This document shows positions 45,215 to 54,757 of a stretch of 64,000 nt of DNA, in pieces. Made by a program: the position numbers and the translations under genes. The notes below the pieces were generated by a model. It ran no database searches, had not been told where the DNA came from, and saw only the letters and a list, made by a program, of their open reading frames with translations. The number at the start of each line of letters is the position of its first letter. Position 1 is the first letter of the stretch. Where the stretch lies: the IMG/VR virus record IMGVR_UViG_3300047320_000285, positions 189,741 through 253,740 of that record. The stretch is one strand, 5' to 3'.

Positions 45215-46699
45215 ATGGGGATCCGTCTCGAACCCGAAAACTTCGACCTGATGTATCGCAGTCTGTCGAAGCCACCCAAGATAGTCAACGATATCGTGGA
45301 GGCGTCGGAAAAGGATAAGTCGGCTTTAAACCGGTTGATCTATACCACGTATTCCGGTGACCTGTTGTCGAATCTACCCAGTTGCGAGTGTGGTCATCTC
45401 GTCGGTGGGTACAACACGGGTGTATCCTGTCCGAAGTGCGGCTCGGAAGTTCAGCTGCATGTCGAGCGGGAGATTGAACCGATCGCGTGGATTCGTGCGC
45501 CACATGGCGTGGCCGCATTGATTAACCCGATTATCTGGATGATGCTGCGTAAGCGTTTCACGCGCAGTGGTTTTGAAGTGATTCGCTGGTTGTGTGACAC
45601 GGACTATTCGCCCAAGATCAACATTCCGCCGGCGATGAAGGAAGTGGAAGCACTCGGACTGGAACGCGGCCTGAATAACTTCGTCACGCATTTTGACGAG
45701 TACATCACCAAGCTGATGAGCTTGCGTTCGTTTCGGGTGCGCAGCGCGATTGGCGATCCACTGGAGTTGCTGATCCAGCAGTATCGGGATCGGATCTTCA
45801 GTCAGTGGATTCCAGCGCCGAACCGCACATTGCTGGTGGTGGAAGAATCGAATCTCGGGAAGTTTGTCGACCCGGTAATTCCGATTGCGGTCAACGCGAT
45901 CCGCATCATGGCAGGCATCGACGCAAGTCTGAAGCCGTTGTCCGTGCGGACCAAGGAAAACCGAACCGTCAAAGCGATTGTGTTGCTGGCGGACTTCTAC
46001 GAGAAGTACTACAAGGAGGTGATGGCGAAGAAGGAGGGCGTGTTCCGCAAGCATGCTTTCGGTACGCGTAACCACTGGTCGTTCCGTGCGGTGATCTCGT
46101 CGATTACCCGTGCGCATAGCCCGAAGGAATTGCATATTCCGTGGGGCATTGGTGTCTCGGTGTTCAAGGTGCACCTGACCAGTAAGCTCAAACGTCGTGG
46201 TTATGGTCCGAACGCCGCTGAGGCGCTGCTCGCCACGTACGCTCAGAGCTATTCACCACTGCTCGATGAACTCTTCCAAGAGCTGATCAGCGAGTGTCCG
46301 TACATGGGTATCCCGTGTACCATCGTGCGACATCCGTCACTCGGCCGGGGTTCAATCCAGCAGCTCTTCATCACCCGGGTGAAGGGCATGTTTAACGAGC
46401 CGTGGGAAGTCGAAGTGCCGACCATTGGGCTGCCGATTACCATCGTGCGCTCGATGAATGCCGACTTTGATGGTGATCAGATTTCGGTGATCCTCACGTT
46501 GGACGTCGACACGACGGAAAAGCTGTCCCTGTTGCAACCGCACTACAATACGTACAGCATGGCGGCTCCTCGCAAGATCAGCGGCAATCCGGCGATTCCC
46601 AAACCGGTTGTGGCGACCATTGCGAATGCGCTTCACGCCCACCATCCGGTGGATCCCGAGAAGCTTGCACGTATGAAGGCGGCTTTTAATCTGCAGTAA
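45215..46699 (+). CDS. Non-virion RNA polymerase beta'-like subunit, N-terminal half (phiKZ gp55/56.1-like), 494 aa
   Basis: Zn finger CECG...CPKC, RKHAFGTR, VRHPSL, catalytic NADFDGD. Confidence 0.93.
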   Translation: MGIRLEPENFDLMYRSLSKPPKIVNDIVEASEKDKSALNRLIYTTYSGDLLSNLPSCECGHLVGGYNTGVSCPKCGSEVQLHVEREIEPIAWIRAPHGVAALINPIIWMMLRKRFTRSGFEVIRWLCDTDYSPKINIPPAMKEVEALGLERGLNNFVTHFDEYITKLMSLRSFRVRSAIGDPLELLIQQYRDRIFSQWIPAPNRTLLVVEESNLGKFVDPVIPIAVNAIRIMAGIDASLKPLSVRTKENRTVKAIVLLADFYEKYYKEVMAKKEGVFRKHAFGTRNHWSFRAVISSITRAHSPKELHIPWGIGVSVFKVHLTSKLKRRGYGPNAAEALLATYAQSYSPLLDELFQELISECPYMGIPCTIVRHPSLGRGSIQQLFITRVKGMFNEPWEVEVPTIGLPITIVRSMNADFDGDQISVILTLDVDTTEKLSLLQPHYNTYSMAAPRKISGNPAIPKPVVATIANALHAHHPVDPEKLARMKAAFNLQ

Positions 46700-46717
46700 C
46701 TAAACAAGGAGGGCGAG

Positions 46718-47353
46718 ATGGTCCAAGTGGTAAGTGGTGGCGTTGCGGAGTTCAACGCGCTCGCTTATCAGGAACGTCATCCGACCACCATCAACTTCTT
46801 ACAGTCGCAGTTCGACACCGCACGCACAGCCTTTACCGAGGCTGGGCAGCGTTTCATGTCGGGGGCGAAAGAACTGTTTGAACGTTTCAATGGTGATGAG
46901 GCGTTGCGAAGAGCGCGCGCTTTGGCGCGAACGGTGAAAAATGCGTTCCAGCGCAATGAGATACGAAGTATCTTCGACTTGGCAGGGGTGCAAGCCGCTA
47001 ATCAAGTCATGCAGCGCTGGATCATGGCGAATCCCAATATTCGTCAACCGTACTTCGATCAACGCGTGGACGGCTATTCTGATACGTATGTTGACATGCG
47101 TCCCGGCTGTATCGGTGACGATCATTACGATTACCAGCTCGTGATGAACGGCATGGTGCAGGAAGTTCCGGCGACGGAGGACGACGACGAAGATGGCTGG
47201 AAGGCCTCGTTCTATTTCACGGACATCGAAGAGGGTGATCGTGAGCTGGATGTGAGCGAGCAAGTCGATATTATCTCGACATGGCAGTATGTCGACGCGA
47301 TCATGAAGATCGGCGAAGACGATCCGACCAATCAACGGGGCGGTAAGTTGTAA
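46718..47353 (+). CDS. Conserved nucleus-block hypothetical protein (about phiKZ gp59 position), 211 aa
   Basis: SD aaggagg; synteny; acidic C-terminus DPT..RGGKL. Confidence 0.65.
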   Translation: MVQVVSGGVAEFNALAYQERHPTTINFLQSQFDTARTAFTEAGQRFMSGAKELFERFNGDEALRRARALARTVKNAFQRNEIRSIFDLAGVQAANQVMQRWIMANPNIRQPYFDQRVDGYSDTYVDMRPGCIGDDHYDYQLVMNGMVQEVPATEDDDEDGWKASFYFTDIEEGDRELDVSEQVDIISTWQYVDAIMKIGEDDPTNQRGGKL

Positions 47354-47459
47354 CAAGGAGAGGCGCTGATCGGGTCCTTCGGGGCTCGGTCAGGTCTTTA
47401 TGCTCTTTTTTCTTTGTTGCCGGATCATATGTCCAGTCCGCTAACCGAGGAATCCTATC

Positions 47460-47882
47460 ATGGCTAATGCCCCTGCGCCCACCATGAGTGACCGGGGTTG
47501 GGTTACCAATCCGGGCGAGAAAGCCGACTTTTTGCTGTCATGGTTCTATGAATCTGACGCCGCCCAGACTTACATCTACAAGGGCAAGGTGCTGAACATC
47601 CAGAACCTGCTCGAACGTTACGGCAGCGACATCAGTGCGATTGTCACCGAAATGCAACAAGGCTTGGAAGCCTACTTCCAGTCCTATTACGATGCCGCGA
47701 TCGTGCAGGTTACCGCCAACGATGATCCGAGTATCAATCCGTCCAATGCGATTACCTTGACGGTGGCCGCGCAGGTCAAACAAAACGGCGAGACCTATTC
47801 CGTGTCGGGTTTGGTCCAGCAGGTGAATTCACGCTTTGTGCGGGTGACCAATTACGTGAATACGGGTGTGCTCGCTAATTAA
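47460..47882 (+). CDS. Conserved hypothetical protein, 140 aa
   Basis: SD gagga; synteny. Confidence 0.65.
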   Translation: MANAPAPTMSDRGWVTNPGEKADFLLSWFYESDAAQTYIYKGKVLNIQNLLERYGSDISAIVTEMQQGLEAYFQSYYDAAIVQVTANDDPSINPSNAITLTVAAQVKQNGETYSVSGLVQQVNSRFVRVTNYVNTGVLAN

Positions 47883-47893
47883 GGAACTGATCA

Positions 47894-48562
47894 ATGTCTA
47901 ATACTCCGGTACCCAACTTTGCCCGCCAATGGCTTTCGCAAGGGGTGGAATTCGATGAAAACAAGAAGTCGGGGGACTTTATCCGGGAGATTGCCGATCA
48001 GCTGCAGCCGGCGCTCGACGATCTCACGGCCCGACTGGAAGAAGTCAAGTTCCAGTACGTGTTCCTGCCGTGGTTCGCAGGCGACGAGGACTTGCGCTAT
48101 TTCAAGACCGATCGCCAAGGCAAGGCTCACGACAAAGCGGTCGCCATGTGGATCGGCATTGCGGGCTCGGCGTTTAATTCGGTGGAGATTACCGATAACA
48201 AAACCGGTGAAATTTTGTTCATCGTGCCCCCATTGTGTGACCGAGAGGCGGTGATTCCGGCCGCCAAGGACGCCAAGACCGGGTCGATTTACAACATGGT
48301 CCTGACCATGCAGCAACTGCGCAACGTCAGTTCGGTGCATGCCCGGCATTTCTTCGAACACGAAGTCAGCAAGCGAGCGATGGGCATGTTCAAACCCGAC
48401 CATCTGCTGAAGTTTGTGCGCACTTGGAACGACATCTTTGCACGTTATGGGCGCCCTCCTCTGCTGGAGTTGCCCGGCGATACGACGGCTCACACTGCGG
48501 AAGGAATGAATAATGGAGCAAACGCTGTCTCCCAGTCCGACGACGATTGGGAGCTACTCTGA
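47894..48562 (+). CDS. Conserved hypothetical protein, 222 aa
   Basis: SD aagga; synteny. Confidence 0.65.
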   Translation: MSNTPVPNFARQWLSQGVEFDENKKSGDFIREIADQLQPALDDLTARLEEVKFQYVFLPWFAGDEDLRYFKTDRQGKAHDKAVAMWIGIAGSAFNSVEITDNKTGEILFIVPPLCDREAVIPAAKDAKTGSIYNMVLTMQQLRNVSSVHARHFFEHEVSKRAMGMFKPDHLLKFVRTWNDIFARYGRPPLLELPGDTTAHTAEGMNNGANAVSQSDDDWELL

Positions 48563-48575
48563 TGTAGAGGGGGCG

Positions 48576-49718
48576 ATGATCGCAGCAGGGATCATCAAGC
48601 CCCCATTGAAGTTGGCCACCCTCTCCGACATCCACCTCGGACACCGCCGCACTCGCACGCCTGAGATCACCGCGAATCTCAGGCGTGCGGTGCCGCATAG
48701 TCCTGAGACTGAAAAACTCGACATAATCTTCCTGGCCGGTGACGTTTTCGATACTCTGCTGAATTTGCCCCATGAAGACATTATCGAGATTGATCGTTGG
48801 ATTGTGTACCTCCTCAGACTGTGTAAGAAGTACGGCATTAAGCTGCGGGTGCTCGAAGGCACGCCTTCGCATGACTGGGAGCAAAGCCAACGCTTTGTGG
48901 ACCTGAATGAACTGTACGCGATCGACTGTGACCTGAAGTATGTCAAGGGCATGGACATCGAGTACATGCCCGAGTTCGATCGACATATCCTCTACATTCA
49001 GGATCAGTACGCTGCCACGACCGAGAAGACGCTGGCGGATGTGCATGCGCTGATGGCGGCCCGTGGGATTGCCTACGTCGATATTGCCATCATGCACGGG
49101 CAGTTCGATCGTCAAGTCCCGGAGATGGCCACCTGTCCTAAGCACAGCGCCGAGGAGTACCTGAAGATTGTGCGGGAGTTGATCTGTATTGGCCACGACC
49201 ATCACTACTGGAGCTACGACAAGATCGTGGCCCAAGGCTCATTTGACCGGCTCTCGCACAACGAGGAAGAGCCCAAAGGGCATATACGTGCCACCCTACG
49301 CGGGGATGGCACACGTGAAGTGCAGTTTGTGGAAAACAAGGACGCCAAGAAGTTTATCTCGATCGACTGTCAAGGCACCGATACCGATCAGGCGTTGAAC
49401 AAGATCGATCAGGCCGTGATTGGTTTGCCGGATGATTCGTACGTGCGACCGATTCTGTCACAGGGTCATCCGCTGATTACCCAGCACGGTGTGCTGTTGC
49501 GGCGCTGGCCGCAGTTTCAGTGGAGTAAGCCGAAGATCATCTCGACGGATAAGAAGCAGGCAGGCGAAGAAGACGCGAAGCTGGAGGCGCCGGCGTTTCA
49601 GGCGATTACCTTGACCCGGGACAATCTCCCGAAACTGTTGTTGGAACGCATTGGCATGAGTGCTCCTGACGACAGAATCATGGAGCAAGCAGCCTTGATC
49701 TTAGAGGAGCTACTCTGA
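48576..49718 (+). CDS. SbcD/Mre11-like metallophosphoesterase nuclease (phiKZ gp65-like)
   Basis: LSDIHLGH, LAGDVFD, EGTPSHD, IMHGQF, GHDH motifs. Confidence 0.85.
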   Translation: MIAAGIIKPPLKLATLSDIHLGHRRTRTPEITANLRRAVPHSPETEKLDIIFLAGDVFDTLLNLPHEDIIEIDRWIVYLLRLCKKYGIKLRVLEGTPSHDWEQSQRFVDLNELYAIDCDLKYVKGMDIEYMPEFDRHILYIQDQYAATTEKTLADVHALMAARGIAYVDIAIMHGQFDRQVPEMATCPKHSAEEYLKIVRELICIGHDHHYWSYDKIVAQGSFDRLSHNEEEPKGHIRATLRGDGTREVQFVENKDAKKFISIDCQGTDTDQALNKIDQAVIGLPDDSYVRPILSQGHPLITQHGVLLRRWPQFQWSKPKIISTDKKQAGEEDAKLEAPAFQAITLTRDNLPKLLLERIGMSAPDDRIMEQAALILEELL

Positions 49719-50569
49719 TGGAGCATTTAATCTCGGTCCGGGAAATGGGCCAGTTTCCGCTGTCTATTCCCACCAGCCTCGCGCTCGAAGGGGCCATCGG
49801 TATCTATCCGGAAAAGGAAACCCACATCAACGTGCTGCCGGATTACGACGAGATGTGGATTAACCTGCGCACGCTGTTCCGTAACCTGATGGGGTCGATG
49901 AAGTCGGAAGAAGCCGCCGCGGTGACCCCGACGCCGGTGGCGGAAGCCTTGATGAGCGAGATCGAGCATCTGGAATCGATCGTCAAGGAACGCAGTGCCA
50001 ACCGGATTCACCTCGTGTTCTACGTGAGTAATTACAAAGGACTCGAGCAGAAGTACCCCCGTGCGTACATTCGCAAGGACTCTACGCCCAAGCAGTTGAT
50101 CCGCACGGAGATCCAGAAAAAGGCGATTCAGCATCTGCTGGATCTCCTGAAAGAGCAGGGTGGTCACGACGTGCGCGTGTTTGAACAGAAGCTGAAGACG
50201 GCCAAACCGACCAAGGCTTTGATCATCACGCACTACGCGTACGACCTGTTTGTCCATCCGCAGTTCGCGCAGCTCGAACTGCTCGAATCCCACACAGGAG
50301 CTATCAAACCCAAGAGTCAATGGTACACGAAGTTCGTGGACGGCAAGACGCTGCCGATGATTCCGTTTCGCGAGGATCTGATCCAGATCTTCGGCGACGC
50401 GGAGACGTTCTCCCCTTGGCCGATCAAGCATCGTCGTCAGCTGATCGAGTTGGCTGAAAAGCACCACTGGACCCAGCTGACCACGAAGAGCCTCATCGAC
50501 TATAATCTTAGCTTACTGCACAAGACCGATCCGTACCTCGCCGACGTTGTCAAGTCGATGCTGGTGTAA
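49718..50569 (+). CDS. Conserved protein, possibly degenerate 5'-3' exonuclease/RNase H-like fold (phiKZ gp66-like), 283 aa
   Basis: WINLRTLFRN, LIITHYAYDL, LLESHTG; TGATG overlap; synteny. Confidence 0.55.
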   Translation: MEHLISVREMGQFPLSIPTSLALEGAIGIYPEKETHINVLPDYDEMWINLRTLFRNLMGSMKSEEAAAVTPTPVAEALMSEIEHLESIVKERSANRIHLVFYVSNYKGLEQKYPRAYIRKDSTPKQLIRTEIQKKAIQHLLDLLKEQGGHDVRVFEQKLKTAKPTKALIITHYAYDLFVHPQFAQLELLESHTGAIKPKSQWYTKFVDGKTLPMIPFREDLIQIFGDAETFSPWPIKHRRQLIELAEKHHWTQLTTKSLIDYNLSLLHKTDPYLADVVKSMLV

Positions 50570-50632
50570 ATTTACGGGATAGGTCGATAATCTGACCACA
50601 GACACATTTCATTCGAATACAAGGATTTCATC

Positions 50633-51403
50633 ATGTCCGATAACAATTTCCAACGCACCCCCCGGGTGAAAAACGCACTGGACAACCAGAAGCTCAAGTT
50701 GCAGGCGAAGAACGAGCAGGGCAAAAACGCAAATCTGTCGTGGAACCTGTTCTCGAACAACCCGCGTGTGACGGTCTGGACGGGGGTGGACGGGGACAAA
50801 GACAACGGCAAGATCACCGGCGCGTTCGACACGCTGGGTTTCTACCAGTTCCTCGAAGGTCTGCGCATGGCCATCGCGTTCCAGCCCACGGAAGGCGCGA
50901 AAGAGTTCCGCAACAAGGTCGAACTGATGCGCCCGAACTTCAAGCCGGGCGGTGGTCGTCCGGATGGCGTGATCAAGGCGTCGGAAGTGTGGTACGGCAA
51001 GGATGCCGACGGCGTGGTGTGGCTGTCGTTGTGCGCGTATCAGCGCCCGATGATCAAGTTTACGCTGCTGCCCAACGAATACCACGCGTTCCGTCATGCC
51101 ACCGGCGAAGCCTTGTCGTCCGGCGAAGCATCCGTCAAGCTGGCGGCGCCGGCCTACATCCGCGCACTCGAACTGATCATGGCGCAGTTGCAAGTGGTCG
51201 AGTACAAGGAACCGCCCCCGCGTGATCAGCAAGGTGGCAATCGCGGTGGTCAGGGCGGCGGTAGCGGCTACGGCGGTGGTAACCGAGGCGGTGGTCAAGG
51301 TGGTGGCGGTAATTACGATCGCCGTAATGGCGGTGGCAGTGGCGGCGGTGGTGCAGCGCCGGGTGCTGGATTTGACGATCCGGATACCGATCTGCCGTTT
51401 TAA
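50633..51403 (+). CDS. ChmC-like / single-stranded nucleic-acid-binding protein (phiKZ gp67 position) with RGG/Gly-rich tail
   Basis: Beta-rich N-domain, Gly/Arg/Asn-rich linker, SSB-like acidic end DDPDTDLPF; position before gp68. Confidence 0.6.
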   Translation: MSDNNFQRTPRVKNALDNQKLKLQAKNEQGKNANLSWNLFSNNPRVTVWTGVDGDKDNGKITGAFDTLGFYQFLEGLRMAIAFQPTEGAKEFRNKVELMRPNFKPGGGRPDGVIKASEVWYGKDADGVVWLSLCAYQRPMIKFTLLPNEYHAFRHATGEALSSGEASVKLAAPAYIRALELIMAQLQVVEYKEPPPRDQQGGNRGGQGGGSGYGGGNRGGGQGGGGNYDRRNGGGSGGGGAAPGAGFDDPDTDLPF

Positions 51404-51432
51404 ACTCTTGACGGCATAAACGTCAAAGCATA

Positions 51433-51476
51433 GCTCACTCGACAACCTAGGCGAAGAGCCCGGTTGTCGAGTGAGC
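51433..51476 (+). terminator. Long hairpin (terminator or processing site)
   Basis: gctcactcgacaacc / ggttgtcgagtgagc 15-bp stem, preceded by cggcataaa. Confidence 0.55.
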
Positions 51477-51602
51477 CACCACTTCGTAACCAAGATTCGA
51501 AAGAAACTCAGCCACATATTATTTCATTACAATAAAGCGCAGGAGTTTTATACTACCTTAACAATAACGTAATAATCGGATTGCTGATACAAGGAGAAAC
51601 AC

Positions 51603-53138
51603 GTGGAACTTACCACAAAAATCATCCTCGGTAACAAACGTGCTGAGGTTATCTCGCTCACCCATCAGGGTCAGGAGCTTCGCTGGCAGCCCATCGAGCG
51701 AACTTCGATTGAGGAAGGCCTCGATGTGTTCGAGCAGATCAATGGTTTTTGGGCCAGCCAACCGATCGACTGGCAGAATCAGGTGTTTGAAGTCTATAGC
51801 TGGATCCACGAGATCATGAGCTTTGGCGGGGAAGTCGAAGACCTCATGCGCGAGTTGACCAAGCCGATTACGACTTTGCTCGACCTGCATGACCTCGGTC
51901 AGATCCGTCATTGGGTGGACTTCAAGAGCAGCATGGGGATTCCTTCGGGCATTCGCAGCGAGTATCAGGAGGAAGATAGCTCGCGCTGGAGTCGGGAGAA
52001 GACCTATACGCTCGCAGACTATCGCGAGTTCGTGGCGCTCTCGGTCGCACTGCGGCCGATGTTGCCGGTGTGGGGTGAGTTTATCTTCCTCACCAAGCGC
52101 GAATTCAAGACCACGTGGAAGGAGTATTTCGCCTTCCAGTTAATCAGTCAAGCCCAACTCATGGAGTCGCCCGCCATGATCCGGCTGAAGAACTATATCG
52201 GCGCGCAGTTGCCTGAAGATGAGGAACTGAATAACGCGGTGCTCACCGGTATCTCCACGCTGGATTATCCGGAGTGGATCACGGCGATTATCGTGGTGCG
52301 TCGCTTGGCGATTGCCGACATTCGCGGCCTGCCGGATAAGCCCAACGCGATCAGCTTTATCTTCCTGTATCTGAATAGCCGCACCAAGAGCTATAATAAC
52401 ACGCTCATGGGTCAGGTGCAGAAAAAGCGCAATCCGGAGAACTACAGTCCGGACTCGGAGAGCAAGCTGTCCCAGCTCGAAGAGTACAAGATCAAACAGG
52501 AGCTGACGGCCGGTGAGTTGGAATCGATTGAGTTCGAGTTCAATGATCCGATTCGGGTAGCCCAAGCGTGTTGTCCGGATCTGGATCTGGCGTTGCTGAG
52601 TATTGCACAGGACACCGTGCTGCGACTCTCGGGCCAAGCCATCCACAAACCGCAGCTGGTGTTGATCGCGTATGTGCTGTCGCGCCATATCCCGGGCCGG
52701 GCGATCGAATTGCTGCAGAAGCACTCGGTCCTGCAAGCCATGGCGATTGCGCAAGCGATTCTGTGGCATCGGGGCTTTTTCGATCTGGCGGCGCTGGTCT
52801 CGGCCGACGAGCAACACAACCGCCTCGAGTATGCGCCCGGCTTTGCAGGCGCGGTGCCCAAGGTCTCCAAAGACCTGCACGAACAACTCGATCCGCTGTA
52901 TCCGTACGGCCGGCGTCTGTCCAACAAGAACAAGACGCAGAAGGAACGCAACAATGCCATCATCGCACTGGACGCGCTGGTGGAGCAGTTTAAGAAACAT
53001 GACTGGGTCCTGACGCTGCCATCCCAGTGGTTGCCCAAGGTCACCGGCGGGGTCAATGATCGCAAGTACATCATCCCAGTGGACTTGAAGATCACCCTGA
53101 CACAATTGATTTTCCGTATCGCAACAAGGAGCCTGTAA
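51603..53138 (+). CDS. Non-virion RNAP promoter-specificity (sigma-like) subunit (phiKZ gp68-like), 511 aa
   Basis: GTG start with SD aaggag; size and synteny; LRPMLPVWGEF. Confidence 0.7.
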   Translation: MELTTKIILGNKRAEVISLTHQGQELRWQPIERTSIEEGLDVFEQINGFWASQPIDWQNQVFEVYSWIHEIMSFGGEVEDLMRELTKPITTLLDLHDLGQIRHWVDFKSSMGIPSGIRSEYQEEDSSRWSREKTYTLADYREFVALSVALRPMLPVWGEFIFLTKREFKTTWKEYFAFQLISQAQLMESPAMIRLKNYIGAQLPEDEELNNAVLTGISTLDYPEWITAIIVVRRLAIADIRGLPDKPNAISFIFLYLNSRTKSYNNTLMGQVQKKRNPENYSPDSESKLSQLEEYKIKQELTAGELESIEFEFNDPIRVAQACCPDLDLALLSIAQDTVLRLSGQAIHKPQLVLIAYVLSRHIPGRAIELLQKHSVLQAMAIAQAILWHRGFFDLAALVSADEQHNRLEYAPGFAGAVPKVSKDLHEQLDPLYPYGRRLSNKNKTQKERNNAIIALDALVEQFKKHDWVLTLPSQWLPKVTGGVNDRKYIIPVDLKITLTQLIFRIATRSL

Positions 53139-53139
53139 C

Positions 53140-54720
53140 ATGAACCAGTATCTCGCCCCCATTGGCAATCAAGGCCTGCGTATCGTGCTGATGTTTATCG
53201 CCGACACGGGTACGTACGACCAGCAGTTCCAGCGACCGTTTCAGGCGTCGTTCGATCGCGACGCGATCAGTGCGCTGCAAGAACGTGTGGCGACTGGCGC
53301 GCACATCGTGCCGGGCTCGCTGGCCGGTGTCCTCAATGGCCAGCAGGACTATGTGATTGCCCCGCAGGTCCAGCCGGAAAAGCCGATCCAGATCGTCAAT
53401 GGCTGGAATGAGCACAAGTTCCGCTGGCTGGCGATTGCCGAGAACACCGACCGTCTGGGGGTGAAAACCTACGAACTGGTCACCGGCTTCACGGATTACC
53501 GGGGTATCAGTTTCACCGGTGAGCTGGATCCGAACATGGTGTTCTATATCGGCAACATTCTGACGCTGCGCCACACGAACGTGTTGACGCCGGGTGGCAA
53601 TCGCACCTACTTCAACGTGGCGGATGCGTCGCAGTTGCTGGTGGCGGACGAATGGCAAGGGGTGTCGAATGCTGGGTTCCGGTTGCGGCCGACCGACTTG
53701 TTCACGGCGATGGATCGCACCCATCTTGAACAGGACATGCTCGATCAGGGTATCACCGATACGCGCAACATGGTGACCGGTCAGGCGGTGAAGTCACGCC
53801 GTTCCAATGGTGTCGGTACCGCCTACGCGGCCGGTATCATCGAGAACTACAAGAATGCCCGCACGATGGACCAGTATGGTCAGTCCGAGGACATGATTCT
53901 CGACTTCGCCCGCACCAACACGCTCGAAGCCCCGTTGACCAACGACATGTTTATCCGGGCCGTGGCCCGGGAGCGTGGCGTGCCGATCACAGCGTTCTTC
54001 ACGTGGCAGGATCTGTGTCGGGTTGATCCGAATGTCCAGAACGACCAGATCACCAAGGTCGTGCTGATGGGCTCGCCGCGCGAGATCGTCAATACGGACA
54101 TGAACGACGTACGTTCGGGTCGTAACAACGAATGGGGCGTCGCCGACCGGCCGACCCAGCTGGCCACCATCTTGCAGCAAGCCGTGCCGGGGATCATGAT
54201 GGAACTGGCGCTCTCGGGCGTGGTGTTCCGTGCGACCAACCGGACGATTGGTGGCGGGATCCACATCGAGGTGTTGAACTGGCAGGATTTCCCCAGCTTG
54301 ACGGGTGCGCAGATCGACATGTCGGAGTTCATTCAGGCCTTCAAGCATCGGTTGCAAACCGAAGTGCTGATTGATCTGTCGTTTAGCGGGCAGGCCGACT
54401 TTGCAATGCACATGGAAGTCGACTTGCTCGGTGAGACGGTGATCGAGCTGGAATGGAACGGTGGCGAGCTGAAGCGTTGGGTAGTGCCGTCGTTTGCGGA
54501 TGCGTTGTTGACGCCGCTGGTGACGGGTGACATTCGTCGGCCGACGTGGATTGCCAAGAACTTCCAAGGCGTGTTCGATGGCGTGCTGGGGACCAGCCAC
54601 ACCGAAATGCCCGAAGGCAACGACGACATGTTCACGGGCGGCGGTCGTGCGCCGGCCGGGTTCCCAAACAACCCGCGTGGCGGTAACAACAGTGGCCAAG
54701 GCGGCTTCGGTCTGATTTAA
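53140..54720 (+). CDS. picA: Nuclear protein-import factor PicA/Imp1-like (phiKZ gp69-like), 526 aa
   Basis: Position between gp68-like and gp70-like genes; size; TGTYDQQFQRPF. Confidence 0.6.
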   Translation: MNQYLAPIGNQGLRIVLMFIADTGTYDQQFQRPFQASFDRDAISALQERVATGAHIVPGSLAGVLNGQQDYVIAPQVQPEKPIQIVNGWNEHKFRWLAIAENTDRLGVKTYELVTGFTDYRGISFTGELDPNMVFYIGNILTLRHTNVLTPGGNRTYFNVADASQLLVADEWQGVSNAGFRLRPTDLFTAMDRTHLEQDMLDQGITDTRNMVTGQAVKSRRSNGVGTAYAAGIIENYKNARTMDQYGQSEDMILDFARTNTLEAPLTNDMFIRAVARERGVPITAFFTWQDLCRVDPNVQNDQITKVVLMGSPREIVNTDMNDVRSGRNNEWGVADRPTQLATILQQAVPGIMMELALSGVVFRATNRTIGGGIHIEVLNWQDFPSLTGAQIDMSEFIQAFKHRLQTEVLIDLSFSGQADFAMHMEVDLLGETVIELEWNGGELKRWVVPSFADALLTPLVTGDIRRPTWIAKNFQGVFDGVLGTSHTEMPEGNDDMFTGGGRAPAGFPNNPRGGNNSGQGGFGLI

Positions 54721-54757
54721 ACTACAACGCCCGTGTTTTGGCACGGGTAGGAGAAAA

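Noticed and set aside
51230-51365. GGT/GGC-rich quasi-repeats (also near 55960-56045)
   Set aside because: They simply encode Gly-rich protein tails; not a DNA repeat element or CRISPR array.
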